The notes below the pieces were generated by a model that was not told where the DNA came from, made no database searches, and saw nothing but the letters and a program-made list of their open reading frames with translations. From Gammaproteobacteria bacterium (GTDB lineage Bacteria > Pseudomonadota > Gammaproteobacteria > Eutrophobiales > Eutrophobiaceae): a DNA stretch of 64,000 nt. Every line of letters starts with the position of its first letter. Position 1 is the stretch's first letter. The stretch covers positions 224,001 through 288,000 of the forward strand of contig CBDCDS010000003.1 of the NCBI GenBank assembly GCA_965215365.1, in the 5' to 3' direction. The position numbers and the translations under genes were made by a program. Positions 61,124 to 64,000 of the stretch are shown here, piece by piece.

Positions 61124-64000
61124 TAGCTGCTTCCATAACGGCTTGCTCCTCGGACAGACCCTGCTCGCGACCTTTTTTAATGGCCTCCAGCACGATCTTG
61201 TAATCCCTGGGCATAACCTTCACGAACCGCGGTTGGTAGTCGCGCCAGTGGTCCAGGATACGTTTGCCGGCGCTGCTCTGCGTGTACTGCACATGCCGGG
61301 ACAACAGCTGTTTGATGGTGGCAACATCCTCCTGCTCCGCAACCGCTTCGAGGTGCACCAACTGCTGGTTGCAGCGAATATGGAAGTCCTCATCCTCGTC
61401 CAGCACATAAGCGATACCACCGGACATACCCGCCGCGAAGTTGCGCCCGGTTTTGCCGATGATCACCACGCGCCCGCCGGTCATGTATTCACAGCCGTGA
61501 TCGCCGACGCCCTCTACCACGGTATGAACGCCGCTGTTGCGCACGCAGAAGCGCTCCCCGGCAATGCCTCGAAAATAACCTTCGCCCGAGGTCGCGCCGT
61601 ACAGGGCGACGTTGCCGATAAGAATATTCTGTTCGGGCACGAACGTCGACGCGCGTGGCGGATACACGATAATCTTGCCGCCGGACAGCCCCTTGCCGAT
61701 GTAATCGTTGGAGTCTCCTTCCAGGGTGAGGGTTACTCCGTGCGGCACAAAGGCGCCGAAACTCATCCCGGCCGAACCGTTGAAATGCACCCTTATGGTA
61801 TCTGCGGGCAGCCCCTCAGCGCCGTAACGCCTGGTGATCTCGTAACCTAGAATGGTGCCTGTGGTGCGGTTGGTATTGCGGATGGGCAGGATGATGTCCA
61901 CCGGCTTTTTGGTTGCCAGTGTGTTCTGACACAGCGGCACCAGCGTAGTCACGTCCAGCGACTGCTCCAAGCCATGGTCTTGTTGCTGCGAGTGGTAAAT
62001 GCCCACCCCCGGACCCGGCTCAGGCTTGTACAGGATGTTGGTAAAATCCAACCCCTTGGCCTTCCAGTGACCTATCGCGTTGTTCATGTCCAGCCGGTCG
62101 CTGCGTCCGACCATTTCATCAATGGTGCGAAAACCCAGCTGCGCCATCAGTTCCCGTATCTCTTCAGCGACAAAGCGGAAGAAGTTTTCCACGAACTCCG
62201 GCTTGCCGGTGAATTTTTCGCGCAGACGCTGGTCTTGCGTGGCGACACCCACCGGACAGGTATTCAGGTGGCACACGCGCATCATGATGCAACCACTGAC
62301 GACCAGCGGCGCGGTGGAAAAACCAAATTCTTCGGCGCCCAGCAGGGCGGCAATCACCACATCGCGACCGGTCTTCAGCTGCCCGTCGGCCTGCACTACG
62401 ATACGGTCGCGCAACTTGTTCTGCACCAGCACCTGCTGGGTTTCGGCCAGCCCCAGTTCCCAGGGCAGCCCTGCATGTTTAAGGGAACTGATGGGCGAGG
62501 CGCCGGTGCCGCCGTCATAACCGGAGATCAGCACCACATCGGAGTGCGCCTTGGAGACACCGGCGGCGACCGTGCCCACCCCCACTTCCGCCACCAGTTT
62601 CACGTGCACCCGCGCTGCGGGGTTGGCATTTTTCAAATCGTGGATCAGTTGCGCTAAATCCTCAATGGAGTAAATATCGTGGTGCGGCGGTGGTGAGATC
62701 AGCCCCACCCAGGGCGTGGAATGGCGCACTTCGGCGATCCAGGGATACACTTTAGGGCCCGGCAACTGCCCGCCTTCGCCGGGTTTCGCGCCTTGGGCCA
62801 TCTTGATCTGCAGGTCGTCGGCGTTCACCAGGTACTCACTGGTGACGCCGAAACGGCCGGACGCCACTTGCTTGATGGCGCTACGGCGCAGGTCGCCGTT
62901 TGCGTCCGGGGTGTAACGGGCCGAGTCTTCGCCGCCTTCGCCGGTATTGGACTTGCCACCGATGCGGTTCATGGCAATGGCCAGGGTCTCATGGGCTTCC
63001 TTGCTGATGGAACCGTAGGACATGGCACCGGTAGAGAAGCGGCGCATGATGTTCTCAGCCGGCTCGACTTCCTCCGGCGGGATGGGCTCGGCGGCCGGCT
63101 TGAACTGCATCAGGCCGCGCAAGGTAGCCATGTTGCGGCTCTGGTCGTCCACCAGCTTGGAGTATTCCTTAAAAATCCGGTATTGCCCGGTGCGCGTGGC
63201 GTGCTGCAAGCGGAACACGGTCTCCGGGTTGAACAAGTGGTACTCACCGTCGCGCCGCCACTGGTATTCGCCGCCCCAGTCCAGGTCCGGGCGCTGCACC
63301 GGCCGCTGCGGGAAGCCGTTATGGTGACGCAGGCTGCTTTCCTTAGCGACGACCTCCAGCCCGATGCCGCCGATACGTGAGGCCGTCCAGGTGAAATAAT
63401 GGTCCACAAACTCCTTATCCAGGCCAATGGCCTCGAAGATCTGGGCGCCGCGGTAGGACTGCACCGTGGCAATCCCCATCTTCGACATGGTTTTGATTAA
63501 GCCCTTGTTGACGGCCTTGATGTAATTTGCCACGGCCTTGTCGAACTGCATCTCCGGCACAAACCCCTCGCCGATCAGGCCGCTGATGCTCTCGAACACC
63601 AGGTAGGGGTTAATTGCCTCAATGCCATAGCCGATCAACACCGCAAAGTGATGCACCTCGCGCGGCTCGCCGGATTCCAGCACCAGCCCGACCCGGGTGC
63701 GGTTGCCATTGCGGATCAGGTGGTGGTGCACGCCGGCGGTGGCCAGCAGCGCCGGGATCGGCGCCAGCTCGGCCGTGACGCCACGATCGGACAGGATAAT
63801 GTAGCTGTAACCCTCCTCGATAGCCTGATCAACCCGGGCATAGACTTCGCTCAAGGCCTGATCCAGCCCCTTGCCGCCGGCGGCCACGGGATACAGGATG
63901 GACACGGTTCTGGCGCTGAAACTAGGCAGCTTCATGTCGCGCACACGGGCCAGCTCGGCATTGGTCAGCAGGGGGGAAGGCAGGCGCACCCGCTTGCAGC
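61116..64000 (-). CDS. gltB: glutamate synthase large subunit, 5' part outside window
   Basis: [34 protein letters not shown] domain. Confidence 0.97.
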   Translation of the reverse strand, partial: CKRVRLPSPLLTNAELARVRDMKLPSFSARTVSILYPVAAGGKGLDQALSEVYARVDQAIEEGYSYIILSDRGVTAELAPIPALLATAGVHHHLIRNGNRTRVGLVLESGEPREVHHFAVLIGYGIEAINPYLVFESISGLIGEGFVPEMQFDKAVANYIKAVNKGLIKTMSKMGIATVQSYRGAQIFEAIGLDKEFVDHYFTWTASRIGGIGLEVVAKESSLRHHNGFPQRPVQRPDLDWGGEYQWRRDGEYHLFNPETVFRLQHATRTGQYRIFKEYSKLVDDQSRNMATLRGLMQFKPAAEPIPPEEVEPAENIMRRFSTGAMSYGSISKEAHETLAIAMNRIGGKSNTGEGGEDSARYTPDANGDLRRSAIKQVASGRFGVTSEYLVNADDLQIKMAQGAKPGEGGQLPGPKVYPWIAEVRHSTPWVGLISPPPHHDIYSIEDLAQLIHDLKNANPAARVHVKLVAEVGVGTVAAGVSKAHSDVVLISGYDGGTGASPISSLKHAGLPWELGLAETQQVLVQNKLRDRIVVQADGQLKTGRDVVIAALLGAEEFGFSTAPLVVSGCIMMRVCHLNTCPVGVATQDQRLREKFTGKPEFVENFFRFVAEEIRELMAQLGFRTIDEMVGRSDRLDMNNAIGHWKAKGLDFTNILYKPEPGPGVGIYHSQQQDHGLEQSLDVTTLVPLCQNTLATKKPVDIILPIRNTNRTTGTILGYEITRRYGAEGLPADTIRVHFNGSAGMSFGAFVPHGVTLTLEGDSNDYIGKGLSGGKIIVYPPRASTFVPEQNILIGNVALYGATSGEGYFRGIAGERFCVRNSGVHTVVEGVGDHGCEYMTGGRVVIIGKTGRNFAAGMSGGIAYVLDEDEDFHIRCNQQLVHLEAVAEQEDVATIKQLLSRHVQYTQSSAGKRILDHWRDYQPRFVKVMPRDYKIVLEAIKKGREQGLSEEQAVMEAANG

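Overview
GC-rich gammaproteobacterial chromosome segment. The core backbone is carAB-greA-rlmE-ftsH-glmM, rpsU-yqeY-dnaG-rpoD-tRNA-Ile2, tRNA-Met-miaB-phoH-ybeY-corC-lnt, hemE and gltBD. It is interleaved with accessory DNA: an IS66 (ISBst12-type) element at the left edge, three restriction-modification loci (Type IIG, a decayed Type II inside the dnaG-rpoD operon, and a Type III-like res-mod), a ParDE pair whose toxin appears to have lost its ATG, a VapB-like pseudogene, twin small membrane proteins, a phoX-fccAB block between two DAHP synthase paralogues, and an ankyrin protein. The most unusual structure is a 2267-bp-period tandem array (41305-47560). It holds three promoter-bearing STAND/AAA-like ATPase genes, and copy 1 is a patchwork variant of copies 2 and 3. 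The array starts exactly at a solo copy of the IS66 terminal inverted repeat seen 40 kb upstream, and it ends inside an S8 autotransporter gene whose 3' end is carried in each unit. All family assignments come from motif recognition, not database searches. A host-associated (e.g. marine symbiont) lifestyle is only an inference.
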